Source: Mobula hypostoma (Eukaryota). From it: DNA of 64,000 nucleotides. Below, piece by piece: positions 35,060 to 47,789 of the stretch; the stretch's first letter is position 1, and each line of letters opens with the position of its first letter. The DNA lies in contig NC_086097.1 of the NCBI RefSeq assembly GCF_963921235.1, positions 218,056,001 through 218,120,000 on the forward strand, given 5' to 3'. The translations under genes were made by a program, and so were the position numbers. A model generated the notes under the pieces. It worked only from the letters and a program-made list of their open reading frames with translations, was not told the origin of the DNA and searched no databases.

Positions 35060-38000
35060 TTCAATCCTGGGAAAAAGATACTGTCTGTTGACTCATTGTC
35101 TTATAAACCTCTATCAGATCTTCACTCAACCTCTGCCACTCCATAGAAAACAACCCAAGTTTGTCTAACCTCTTGTTATAGCATATGCCCTCTATTTCAG
35201 GCAGCATCCTGGTAAACCTCTTCTGCACCCTCTTCAAACGCATTACATCGTTCCTATGGGGCAACCAGAATTGTATGTAATACTCCAGATGTGGTCTAAC
35301 AAGAGTTTTTTTTCAAGCTGTAATATTCTGATTTTTGAACTCTATCTAAGAAAGACAAGCATGCCATGTGCCTTCTTAACCACCCTATTAACTTGTGTAT
35401 TAACTTTCAGGGAGCTATGAACCCCATGATCCCTCTGCTCATCAACACTGTTGAGGGTTTGTAAGACATAGGAGAAAATTAGGCCATTCAGACTGTTGAG
35501 TCTGCTCTGCTATTCCATCATGGCTGATTTATTATCCCCCTCAACCCCATTCTCCTGCCTTCTCTCCATAACCTTTGTACCTTGACTAGTCAAGAAAATA
35601 TCAACCTCAGCTTTAAATGTACTCAATGACTTGTCCTCCACAGCTGTCTATGGTGATGAAGTACACAGATTTGCTGCCCTCTGGTTAAAGAAACTCCATT
35701 TCATCTCTGTTCTTAATGGACGTCCCTGTATTCTGAGGCTGTGCCCTCTGGGCCTAGACTCACCCCCTATCCACATCCACTCTATCCAGGCCTTTTAATA
35801 TTCAATAGGATTCGATAGATTTCATTGAGTTTCCCGCCCCCTCAATCCTTCCAAACTACAGTGAGTGCAGACCCAGAGCCATCAAATGCTCCTCATACAT
35901 TAACCTTTTCATACCCAAAATCATTCACCTCTGACCCCTCTCCAATGCCAGCAACATCCTTGCTTAGATTAGGGGTTCAAAACTGCTCTCAATACTCCCA
36001 AGTGCAGTCTGACCAATGCCTTATAAAGCCTCAGCATTAGATCCTTGGTATTATATTCTAGTCCACTCGAAATTAATACTAACATTGTGTTTGCCTTCCT
36101 TACTTCCGAATCAACTTAAAAGTTAACCATAGGGAATCCTACACAATGACTCCCAAATCCCTTTGCATCTCTGATTTCTGAATTTCCTTCCTGTTTAGAA
36201 AATAGACTATTCCTTTATTCCTTCTACCAAAGTACATGACCATACACTTCCCTACCCTACTTTCCACCTGCCACTTCTTCCAATCTGTCTAAGTCTGTAG
36301 ACTCGCTGCTTCCTCAACACTACCTGCCCCCTTCTTATCGTCTGCAAACTTGGCCATGATACCATCAATTTCATAATCCAAATCATTGACATATAACATG
36401 AAAAGAAGCAGTTTCGATATCAACCCCTACGGAATACTAGCAGCCAACGAGAACAGGCCCCCTTTATTCCCACTCTTTGCCTCCTGCCAGTCAGGCAATC
36501 TTCCATGCAACACCATGGGCTCCTATCTTTTGAAAATCCAAGTAACATCCATTGACTCTCCTTTGTTTATCCTGCCTGTTATTTCCTCAAAGAATTCGGA
36601 CAGATTTGTTAGGCAAGATTTTCCCTTAAAGAAACCATGTTGACTTTGGCCTATTTTATCATGTGCCTCCAAGTACTCCAAAGCCTCATCCTTAATAATT
36701 GACTCCAACATCTTCCCAACAACTGACGACAGGTTAACTGGCCTATAATTTCTTTTGCCTCCCTCTTTTCTTAAAGAGTGGCGTGATATTTGCACTTATC
36801 TAGTCCCCTGGAATTATTACAGAATCTGGTGATTCTTGAAAGATCACTGCTAATGCTGTCACAATATATTCAAAACCCTGGGTGGGATGTATTCCATCTG
36901 GACTTGCGTACCTTCAGACATCTCAGCTTCCCAAGCGCCCTCTCTTTAGTAATAGCAACCGCACTCTCTTCTATCACCGACACTCTTGAATTTCTAGCAT
37001 ACTGCTGGTGTCTTCCACAGTGTGGACTGATGTAAAATACACAAGTTTGCCTGCCATTTCTCCATCCCTATTACTACCTCTCCAGCGTCATTTTCCAGTG
37101 GTCGGATATCCATTCTCACCTCTCGTTTACTCTTTATATAATCACCAATGCCCTTGAAAGAAAGGCCTACAAAAAGTAGTGGATATGGCTCAGTCCATCA
37201 TGGGTAAAGCTCTCGCCACCAATGAGCACATCTACACAAAACACTGTTGCAAGAAAGCAGTATTCATCATCAAGGACCCACACTCCAGGCTATGCTGTCT
37301 TCTTGCTGCTGCCATCGGGAAAAATGTGCAGGAACCTCATGACAACACCACCAGGTTCAGGGACAGTTAGTACCCCTCAACAATCAGGCTCTTGAATTAC
37401 AGGGGATAACTTCACTTGTACTATCACTGACCCCATCACTGAACTGTTCCCACAACCTATCCAACTCACTTTCAAGGACTCTTCATGTTCTGGATACTTA
37501 TAGCGTAGTTATTTATTATTATTATTCTTTCTTTTTGTATTTGCTCTGCTCATTGTCTTTTGCACGTTGGTTGTTTATCATTGATTCTACTGTGTTTCTT
37601 GTATTTACTGTGAATGTCAGCAAGAAAATAGTTCTCAGGGTTGTATATGGTGACATATATGTACTTTGATAATAAATTTACTTTGTACTTTAAAAAACCT
37701 TTTAGTATTCTCTTTTATACTATTGGCTAGCTTTCCTTCATATTTCATCTTTTCTCTCCTTATGGCTTTTTAGTTGCCTTATGTTGGTTTTTAAAAGTTT
37801 CCCAAATTCTCTAATTTCCCACTAATTTTTCCAATATTATATGCCTCTCTTCATTTTTTATTCTGTCTTTGACTTCTCTTGTCAGCCATGGTTACCTCAT
37901 TCTCCCTTTAGAATACTTCCTCATCTGCAATTCTTCCAATTTGCCCTCAGAAACTCCAGCCATTGTTGTTCTGCTGTCGTCCCCCACTGTGTCCCCTTCC

Positions 38001-38060
38001 AGTCAAATTTCGCCAGCTCCTCTCTCATGCCTCTGTAATTCCCTTTACTTCACTGGAAAA
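35060..38060 (-). mobile_element. Cluster of decayed CR1 LINEs
   Basis: RVQKRFTRMLPE (35061-35264) and NYRPVNLSSVVGKMLE...SQHGFFKGKSCLTNL (36523-36795). Confidence 0.8.
37145..37690 (+). mobile_element. Rex1/Babar-like 3' end
   Basis: AQSIMGKAL...IIKDPH, 3' UTR ending AATAAATTTACTTTGTACTTT. Confidence 0.7.
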
Positions 38061-38225
38061 CTGGATTTTTTTTTTTTTTTTTTGCATAGTAAGGGAATTA
38101 GGGGTTATGGGGAAAAGGCAGGTAGGTGGAGATGAATCCATGGCCAGATCAGCCATAATCTTATTGAATGGCGGAACAGGCTCAACGGGCCAGATGGCCT
38201 ACTCCTGCTTCTATTTCTTATGTTG

Positions 38226-39812
38226 GAAACATAGAAAATCCACAGTACAATACAAGCCCTTCAACCTGCAAAGTTGTGCCAAACATGTCCTTACCATAGA
38301 AATTACCTAGGGTTACCCATAGCCCTCTATTTTTCTGAGCTCCAGTATCCGTCCAGGAGTCTCTTAAATGACCCTACTGTATCCGCCTCCACCACCGCCA
38401 GTGGCAGCCCATTCCACGCACTCACCACTCTCTGCATAAAAAACTTACCCCTGACATCTCCTCTGTACCTACTCCCAAGTACCTTAAAACTGTGCCCTCT
38501 CGTGTTAGCCATTTCAGCCCTGGGAAAAAGCCTCTGACTCTCCACATGATCAATGCCTCTCATCTTATACACCTCTATCAGGTCACCTCTCATCCTCCGT
38601 AGCTCCAAGAGAAAAAGGCCGAGTTCACGCAACCTGTTCTCATAGGGCATGCTCCCCAATCCAGGCAACATCCTTGTAAATCTCCTCTGCACTCTTTCTA
38701 TGGCTTCCATATCCTTCCTGTAGTGAGGTCACCAGAATTGAGCACAGTACTCCAAGTGGGGTCTGACCAGGGTGCTATATAGCTGCAACATTACCTCTCG
38801 GCTCCCAAACTCAATCCCACGATTGATGAAGGCCAAAGCACCGTATGCTTTCTTAACCACAGAGTCAACCTGCACAGCTGCTTTGAGTGTCCTATGGACT
38901 CAGACCCCAAGATCCCTCTGATCCTCCACACTGTCAAGAGTCTTACCATTAATACTATATTCTGTCATCATATTTGACCTACCAAAATGAACCACTTCAC
39001 ACTTATCTGGGTTGAACTCCATCTGCCACTTCTCAGCCCAGTTTTGCATCCTATCAATGTCCGGCTGTAACCTCTGACAGCCCTCCACACTATCCACAAC
39101 ACCCTCAACCTTTGTGTCATCAGTAAATTTACTAACCTATCCCTCCACCACCTCATCCAGGTCATTTATAAAAATCATGAAGAGAAGGGGTCCCAGAACA
39201 GATCCCTGAGGCACATGACTGGTCACCAACTGCCATGCAGAATATGACCCATCTACAACCACTCTTTGCCTTCTGTGACAAGCCAGTTCTAGATCCACAA
39301 AGCAAGGTCCCCTTGGATCCCATGCCTCCTTACTTTCTCAATAAGCCTGGCATGGGGAACCTTGTCAAATGCCTTGCTGAAATCCATATACACTACATCT
39401 ACTGTTCTACCTTCATCAATGTGTTTAGTCACATCCTCAAAAAATTCAATCAGGCTTATAAGGCACAACCTGCCTTTGACAAAAACCATGCTGACTATTC
39501 CTAATCATATTATGCCTCTTCAAATGTTCATAAATCCTGCTTCTCAAGATCTTCTCCATCAACTTACCAACCACTGAGGTAAGACTCACCGGTCTATAAT
39601 TTCCTGGGCTATCTCTACTCCCTTTATTGAATAATGGAACAACATCTGCAATTCTCCAATCTTCCGGAACCTGTCCTGTTCCCATTGATGATGCAAAGAT
39701 CATCGCCAGAGGCTCAGCAATCTCCTCCCTCACCTCCCACAGTAGTCTCAGGTACAACTCATCCGGTCCTGGCGACTTATCCAACTTGATGCTTTCCAAA
39801 GGCTCCAGCACA
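38226..39812 (-). mobile_element. Fairly young 5'-truncated CR1 LINE
   Basis: RT pieces ([34 protein letters not shown]) and a 3' UTR shared with 11187-11733. Confidence 0.9.
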
Positions 39813-40341
39813 TTCTTATTGTATACCTGACTTTACCTTCTCCCTCTCAAACTGCAGTGTAAATTCTATCATATTATGATCACTGTCTCCTTAAGCTTCC
39901 TTTATCTTAAACCGCCGAATCAAATCTGGTTCATTATAAAAACCACAAACCAGAATTGCCTTTCTCCTAGTGGGTAAAACAGCAATCTGCTCTAAAAAAA
40001 TCTTCTTGTAGGCATCCCACTTCTGTAGATCCAGCAGCAACCTGATTATCCCAGTCTACCTGTATATTGAGATCCCACATGAATATCACAACATTGCCCT
40101 TTTTAATGCCTTTTTAAAAAATCTCCTGTTGTAATTTGTATCCTATATCCTGGCTATCATTCGGTGATCTGTATAAAAACCATCAGGGTCTTTTTATCCT
40201 TGCAGTTTCTTAACTCTGTCCACATGCATTCCACATCTTTTGATCCCATGTTACCTCCTTCTAAAGATTTGATGTATTTTTACCAGCAGAGCCATGCCAC
40301 CCTCTGCCTGCCTGCCTTTCCTTTTGATACAATGTGTATTT

Positions 40342-42790
40342 ATAGACAATAGGTGCAGGAGTAGGCCATTCGGCCCTTCGAGCCAGCACCACCATTCACT
40401 GTGATCATGGCTGATCATCCACAATCAGTATCCAGTTCCTGCCTTATCCCCATAACCTTTGATTCTGCTATCTTTAAGAGCTCCATCCATCTCTTTCTTG
40501 AAAGTACCCAGAGACTTGGCCTCCACTGCCCTCTGGGGCAGAGCATTCCACATATCCACCACTCTCTGGGTGAAAAAGCTTTTCCTCAACTCCATTCTAA
40601 ATGGCCTACCCCTTATTGTTGAACTGTGGCCTCTGGATCTGGACTCACCCATCAGCGGGAACATGCTTCCTGCCTCCAGAGTGTCCAATCCCTAATTAAT
40701 CTTATATGTTTCAATCAGGTCCCCCAATCTGCGTGCTCCCGGTGCGGCCTCCTCTTCATCGGTGAAGCCCGACGCAGACTGGGGGACCACTTCGTCGAAC
40801 ACCTCTGCTCTGTCTGCCACAACAGACATGATCTCCCGTTTGCCACCCACTTCAACTCTGCTTCCCATTCAGATATATCCATACATGGCCTCTTCTACTG
40901 CCATGATGAGGCTAGACTCGGGTTGGAGGAGCAACATCTCATACCGTCTTGGTAGTCTCCAGCCCCTTGGTATGAACAGAGAATTCTCCAACTTCCGGTA
41001 ATTCCCTCCCCCTCCCTAGCCCTATCCCTATTTCACTCTGTCCCCTCCCCCAGCTGCCTATCACCTCCCTCATGGTTCCGCCTCCTTCTACTACCCATTG
41101 TGTTTTCCCCTATTCCTTCTTCACCTTTCATGCCTATCACCTCCCTGCCTCCCCTCCCTCACCCCGTTATCTTTCCCCTTACTGGTTTTTCACCTGGAGC
41201 CTACCAGCCTTCTCCTTCCCACCCTCCCCCCACTTTCTTTATAGGGCGTTTGCCCCTCCCCTCTTCAGTCCTGACGAAGGGTTCCAGCCCGAAACGTTGA
41301 CTGATCGTTTCCATGGATGCTGCCCGACCTGCTGAGTTCCTCCAGTGTGTTGTGAGGGTTGCTTTGCCTTTTTAGTTATCTTCTGCTGCTCTTTAAAAGT
41401 TTCCCAATCCTCCGGCTTCCCACTCATCTTTGCTATGTTATACTTCTTTTATTTTTACACTGTCCTTTACTTCCCTTGTCAGCCACCGCCTCCCCTTACT
41501 CCCCTTAGGATCTTTCTTCCTCTTTGGAATGAACTGATCCTGCACCTTCTGCATTATTCCCAGAAATACCTGCCATTGCTGTTCCACTGTCATCCCTGCT
41601 AGGGTATTGTTCCATTGAACTTTGGCCAGCTCCTCCCTCATAGCACCATAGTTCCCTTTGTTCAACTGTGATACTGACACTTCTGATTTTCCCTTCTCCC
41701 TCTCAATTTGTAGATTAAAACTTATCATATTATGGTCACTACCTCCTAATGGCTCCTTTACCTCAAGGTCCCTGATCAAATCCAGTTCATTGCAACAACA
41801 CTAAATCTAGAATTGCGTTCTCTCTGGTAGGCTCCAGTATAAGCTGTTCTAAGAATCCATCTCGGAGGCACTCCACAAATTCCCTTTCTTGGGGTTCAGT
41901 ACCAACCTGATTCTTCAAGTCTACCTGCATGTTGAAGTCCCCCATAACAACTGTAGCATTACCTTTGCGACATGCCAATTTTAACGCTTGATTCAACTTA
42001 CACCCTACATGTAGACTACTGTTTGGGGGCCTGTAGATAACTCCCATTAGGGTCTTTCTACCCTTAGAATTTCTCAGTTCTATCCATACTGACTCTACAT
42101 CTCCTGATTCTATGTCCCCCCCTCGCAAGGGACTGAATATCATTCCTCACCAACAGAGCCACCCCACCCCCTCTGCCCATCAGTCTGTTCTTTCGATAGA
42201 ATGTGTATCCCTGAATATTCATTTCCCAGACCCTGTCCACTTGAAGCCATGTCTCTGTTATTCCCACAACATCATACTTACCAATTTCCAACTGTGCCTC
42301 AAGCCCATCCACTTTATTTCTTAAACTCCGTGCATTCATATATAATACTTTTAATTCATTACTCCCTCACCTCCTATATCAATTCCTATTTCACTCGGCC
42401 ATACTGTACGATCCCTTCTTGAGCTTTCTGCTCTGTTGATTCTGTTGTCTTTCTCAACTTTTCTTATTCTCACTTTCCCTTTACTCCAACCTTATGTTTC
42501 CAGTTCATCCCCTCCCCCCCACCCCAACTACTTAGCTTAAACACACCTGTGTTGCAGTGGCAAACCTGCCTGCCAGATTGCTGGTCCCCCGCCTATTATG
42601 GTGCAACCTGTCCCTTTTGTACAATTCATCCTTACCCCAAAACATACCCCAGTGGTCCAAGAATGCAAATCCTTGCTTCCTGCACCAGTTCCTCAGCCAC
42701 ACATTCAGATCCATTATCTCCCTGTTCCTGCCCTCTCCAGCATGAGGAACTGGAAGCAAACCGGAGACAACCACCCTGGAAGTCTTTCTT
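40342..42790 (-). mobile_element. CR1 LINE (3' end, EN, ORF1 end; RT largely missing) interrupted by a Penelope fragment
   Basis: 3' end at 40342-40720; NARSLRNK, GITETWL and MGDFNMQVD motifs; ORF1 end at 42532-42774. Confidence 0.8.
40720..41357 (+). mobile_element. Penelope-like element 3' part with hammerhead motif at 41266-41303
   Basis: CSRCGLLFIGEARRRLGDHFVEH GIY-YIG. CAGTC-CTGACGA-AGGGTTCCAGCCC-GAAA-CG-TT-GACTG. Confidence 0.85.
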
Positions 42791-45700
42791 ATCCTTGGAT
42801 GTTAAGCTCTAAACTGTGTTCTTCTTTCAGCCATGACTCAGTGATGCCCACATTGTCATATCTGCCAATTTCTAACTGCGCAACAAGATCATCTATCTTA
42901 AATATTCTGTATAATGCACACATCCGTTCTACTGCTAGCTCTTGCTACTTTGTACGCCATACTTTTTGGTTTATTCTTCAGTTCCTGTGTTAATCATGGG
43001 CAATTTGTTTCTCATGGAATCCATTTCGGATGAGTGTTATAAACTACCACTGCTCGAACCTCTCTCTCAAGTTATTTAACCAGCCACCTTCACACTTTTG
43101 CAATTATCTTCACACTGAAGACATTTGTTTTGGACCTAGGGTGTTCATCTTCAAACTGGATCTGAAATTCCACAATCTTATGATCATGACTTGCTAAAGC
43201 ACCCATAACCACAAGATCTTTCTTTTTATCCTTGCTCATTGCATATGATCAAATTTAAAAATGCTTGGCATAAGGTGGGTCTTCCTCTAAGAAGCAATCC
43301 CTGATACACTCCAAAAATTCTTAATCAAAAATATGCTTGCCATTTTAGTTTGTTAGATCAGTAACTTAAATCTCTCATGATAATTGCAATTTCCTTTGAA
43401 ATGTCCCCATTTATACTTCACCCTATTAGGAGCCCACAGTTTTGGACATATAGATTATTCCCAGCTGAATTTTCTTCACCCTACTGGGTTCAATATCATC
43501 ATCTGTAGCTGTTGCAGCCTGCAGAATGTGAAGTATTCTGTCTGATTCTGAGAACACACACTGCTGGCTGGTGAGATATACTGGGAACCACCGAACAAAA
43601 AGAGCATTGGAAATGAAGATCTTAAACTAACTTGGTCAACATCAATTCTTAACAGCTGACACAGCCCTGTGGACTGTCTCACTGTAAATCATCCCATTGA
43701 TTTGGGAACTGATATTTTAAAAGATTGCATCCTTGGTAGGTAAGGAAGCATCCTGGTAGGTAAGGAATCAAATGGTTGAAATATTTGTAGGATCACACCT
43801 GCAAGATTTTGAAGAAGTTAAAGATACATGTTCGAATGGATAAAGATTGGAATTTCAGTGTTTCAATAGCAGTAACAAACTTAGCAAGAAACTTCAGAAA
43901 CCAACCACTGAAGACAGGGACCTGGAGTCCCAAATTAAAGAAGAGCTCACCAGAATTGAACCTTGCCAGGTTTGATAAGGGTGGGTGAAAACTAAATTCA
44001 AGAAGCGGGATTTGAAAGTGCTTAAAGTAAACTAGAGTTGTGTAACCAAAACAGTTATAAAACTAAAAAGTTAATGTGTCTGGTTTGAAACTATTCTTAA
44101 TAGAAACAATCGAGGAACCTGAGCTTTGATTGTAATTCTCCCCTTAACTATTCTCTGCTATAGCACTCTCATTTCATTTTAAATTTTTAAACATCCCATC
44201 ACTAGAACAAGTTACAGGGACAAAGTTAGCGTGTGTTGTACTCCATTGTCTTACTGTCTCCTGGACTTTAGGTCATATTCTGATACTCTGTTTTCTACAG
44301 TAATCCAAAGATACATTGACCCTTCCCCTCACAAACACACATGGATTAAATTGAATGGAAGACAGATTGTAAGTACAAGATAAGGAAACTAGAACAAATT
44401 GCTAGGCATAAATTCATTCCCAGTTTTGTTGCGGCCCAATACAACAAAGGTAATCAGGCTGCAGAGAACATCATAATTCTGACTTACCGATGATGGAAGA
44501 GCAATTCTAAATTTCCAAATGCAAATGTTTAAGCTGTTGGAAATTGGAAACAAACTCAGAAAATAATTGGAATGTTTAGGGAATCATGCAGCATCTGTGG
44601 AGAGAGAAATAATGTTAAAATTTTCCTTAAGAATCCAGTAAGGCTATAGATACGTTCACTGATGAGAGGAAAGCGGAAAGAGAATAGAAAACAAAAGGAC
44701 GAGAACAATTGTAGATGAGATAAAATGACAAAAGGTATTAATTGAATGGGATAAAAGGGTAGTGATGAGACAAAATCTCTTAGGTTTACATGGAAATTAT
44801 GAAAAGAAAGTTCTACAGATAACAAACAAAAACTTTAAGCAGCTGGAAATCGTAGAGTTGTATTGAATCAGAAGTTGGGATTTATAGGAAAAAATAGCAA
44901 AGCCAAGAACAGAAAAGTCAGATTGAGAGCTGAAGGGGGAACTAAAGTGACAGGAAACCTACAGCATGGGCTTGCACTTATGGATTGAATAAAGATGTTC
45001 TGCAAAACAATTGATTGATCTTTGGCCTTCAGATTAAGAAGTGAGTACAGTTGACTAAATAGAAAGTACAAGCAAATCTCCCTTTCACGTGGTATTGGAT
45101 AGTTGGAAGGGAGGAGGCATAACAGTCAGCATGCAGCTGCCTGGAGAAGGGGATCAGAATACCCTTGAAATTATTCTTTCAGAACGCTGAAACTGAGGAA
45201 CAGCAGATGCTCTTGGTAGCAACATCATATTGGGAGGCTTTGTAAAGAGTAGAGCATTATTTGATCAATGTGGTGTAAATTGGAAGGCAAGGAGTTAGAG
45301 AGAGGGAAAGTCAGAGAATAGTCACATAAAGATGAGAGGCCCAATTACATCAGTATTTACCAAAGATGTATTATCCTATCCAGTTAAATTCTGCTGTGAT
45401 ATTAAGGGTAGTTAAACTCACCTTATTTCCATGATTAAGGCCTTATCTAAATTTGGATCAAGCCTCTACTGAGGGATGGAGCAGTGATCCTAACCAAATT
45501 AAACAAAGCATGAATTACCACACTAATAATCAGACACCTGGTTGTACTGGACTGGCAGATTTTGTTGACTATTGGATAATATTGCTATTGATAACACAAA
45601 ATTTTAATTTCACCTTTTAAAAAGATGTTGCACAGTATTATAATAAATATTCCAGTGAACTGAGTTTAAAGAGAGTACAGAAACTGCGGTCCTGTGAATT

Positions 45701-45836
45701 TCAAGGGAGCTAGATGCCAAAATATCAGGATTTCTGTACAGTCGGCCAGCATTGCTGCTAGACTGTTCTACTTGGATGAAGTATCAAAGGTACATTTCAT
45801 TTCCTTGTTGATAATTTACTATAGATTGATCTATAG

Positions 45837-47694
45837 CAGTGGTTCCCAAAGTGGGCGATGGGAGTTTCTGATGGGGTGATAAAGGGGGTGATGCTCAGGA
45901 GCAAGGGGGCAGCTGAGGGCTTAACTAAGAAATAAATTACTTATTATAAACATTTGATTCTCAGTGTCTCATAATTGAGTACAATGAATATGTAATCACC
46001 TTTCCATTTTTCTAGTTTCTATTTATGATTTATAATTTAAATTTTTAATATTTACTATTTTTTACTATTTTTAATATTTAATATTTGTAATCCAGGGAGT
46101 GGGAAGCGCAGAATCAAATATCGTTGTGATGATTGTACGTTCTAGTATCAATTGTTTGGTGACAATAAAGTACAAGTATAAAGTATCTCTTGCTAATTCA
46201 CTGTTCTCTTAGACTTTGCTGGAAATATGTTTTTGTTGTTGAAAAGCTCCATAGAATTGGAGAACTCATTCTGCCAGAAGTAAGGGAGTTTCTGAGTACA
46301 GTTTTTCACAAGTCACCAGTCCAAACAATTAAAGTGATTCTGCTCAGTGACAACTCTGTTCAAAGATGAATAGATGAAATGTCTGGAAATGAGACACATT
46401 GCGGAACATATTTAGGACAACAGAATTTGCTCTGCCATTGGATAAGTCAACTTTGCCAGGCAATGAATCTTTGCTATGTTCACTTCATAAAATATGAAAC
46501 CATGGTTCGGTGGTTGTTCTTTGCAGGGTGCCTAGAAACAGATTTTGAAGGGGAGTCAATACTTTGGGTTTTTAAAGGCATCCGTTAGTCTCGTGAGACC
46601 ATGGATTTGCACCTTGGAAGGTTTCCAGGGCGCAGGCCTGGGCAAGATTGTATGGGAGACCGGCAGTTGCCTATGCTGCAAGTCTCCCCTCTCCACATCA
46701 CTGATGTTGTCCAAGGGAAGGGCACTAGGGCCAATACAGCTTGGCACCAGTGTTGTCACAGAGCAATGTGTGGTTAAGTGCCTTGCTCAAGGACACAACA
46801 TGCTGCCTCAGCTGAGGCTCGAACTAGCGACCTTCAGTTCACTAGATCGACGCCTTAACCACTTGGCCACGCGCCAATTGAGTGAATTTTCAAGGACATT
46901 CTGCTTACCAACATTCTTGCTTGTGCAACAGATAGGGCAGCATCAATGACAGGATACCACTGTGCAGTTGTTATTTTCTTGAAAAACGACACCTAATACA
47001 TTTACCATTCACTGTGTAGTACACAGACAACAACCTAAGTGATTGGGACTGCACAACTCATTAAATACTGTTATCACAGTGTTAAATTGAATGAAGTCCC
47101 ACACTCTCAATTCTCAACTATTTTGCGAGCTTTGTATTGAGAACGATGAACAGTTTCAATGTTTGCTGTTGCACACAGAAGTCAGGTGTCTCTCAAAAGG
47201 AAACTGACTGAGATGCATTCATGCGCTTTTGGAAACTGATAAAAATCTTTGAAGACTCGAGTGTTTCATTCAGTAATCAACTCAAGAATATTAGGCATGG
47301 CATTGCTTATTTGCTTCATTGCATTTCCATCATCCTACCTTGTTGAAAGAGGCTTTAGTGCACTGAACCACTTATTCACAAAAAAAACAGAAACTGCTTG
47401 GACATTGTTACACACGAGGCCTTAAGGCTTGCTGTCACAGTTTGAACCAGATATTTCAACTCTTGCTGAAAACCATCAAACTCAAGGATCACATATATTC
47501 GAAGCTGCTGGACAGTACACAGGTACCGTGTAAGCTAGGTTTAAAGACAAATAAAATCTTAAAGCAGAATAATTTTTCTCATGTTAGCATATGGTAAACA
47601 TACATTCTTACAGTATGGGGCACCAGAAAGTATATTGTGCTTAAGAGGGGCATTGGCAAGTATGATGGGCTAAAAAAAAAGTTGGAAAACTCTG
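45837..47694 (+). mobile_element. hAT (Charlie-group) transposon, decayed, with SINE and LINE insertions
   Basis: TIRs CAGTGGTTCCCAAA / GTTGGAAAACTCTG and 8-bp TSD ATCTATAG/GTCTATAG. Transposase remnants TIHCVVHRQ and LLLHTEVRCLSKG. Confidence 0.8.
46570..46875 (-). mobile_element. tRNA-derived SINE with CORE-like segment, full length
   Basis: Head GGCGCGTGGCCAAGTGGTTAAGGCG...AGTTCGAGCC (A and B boxes), then GTGTCCTTGAGCAAGGCACTTAACC resembling the CORE domain. Confidence 0.85.
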
Positions 47695-47789
47695 GTCTAT
47701 AGTAACCTGATTTGCATTCTTCTGCTTTTGGTAGACAAATAGACCAGGACAATTTTCCACTTTGCTGGGTATATGTCATTGTCAAAGCC

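Noticed and set aside
43727..43767. Short tandem duplication GCATCC(T)TGGTAGGTAAGGAA containing donor-like GGTAAG
   Set aside because: Two copies only, in decayed intergenic repeat sequence, with no associated exon.
46800..46875. Possible tRNA gene
   Set aside because: The A and B boxes lead into a SINE body, there is no complete acceptor stem and a second copy has a TSD.
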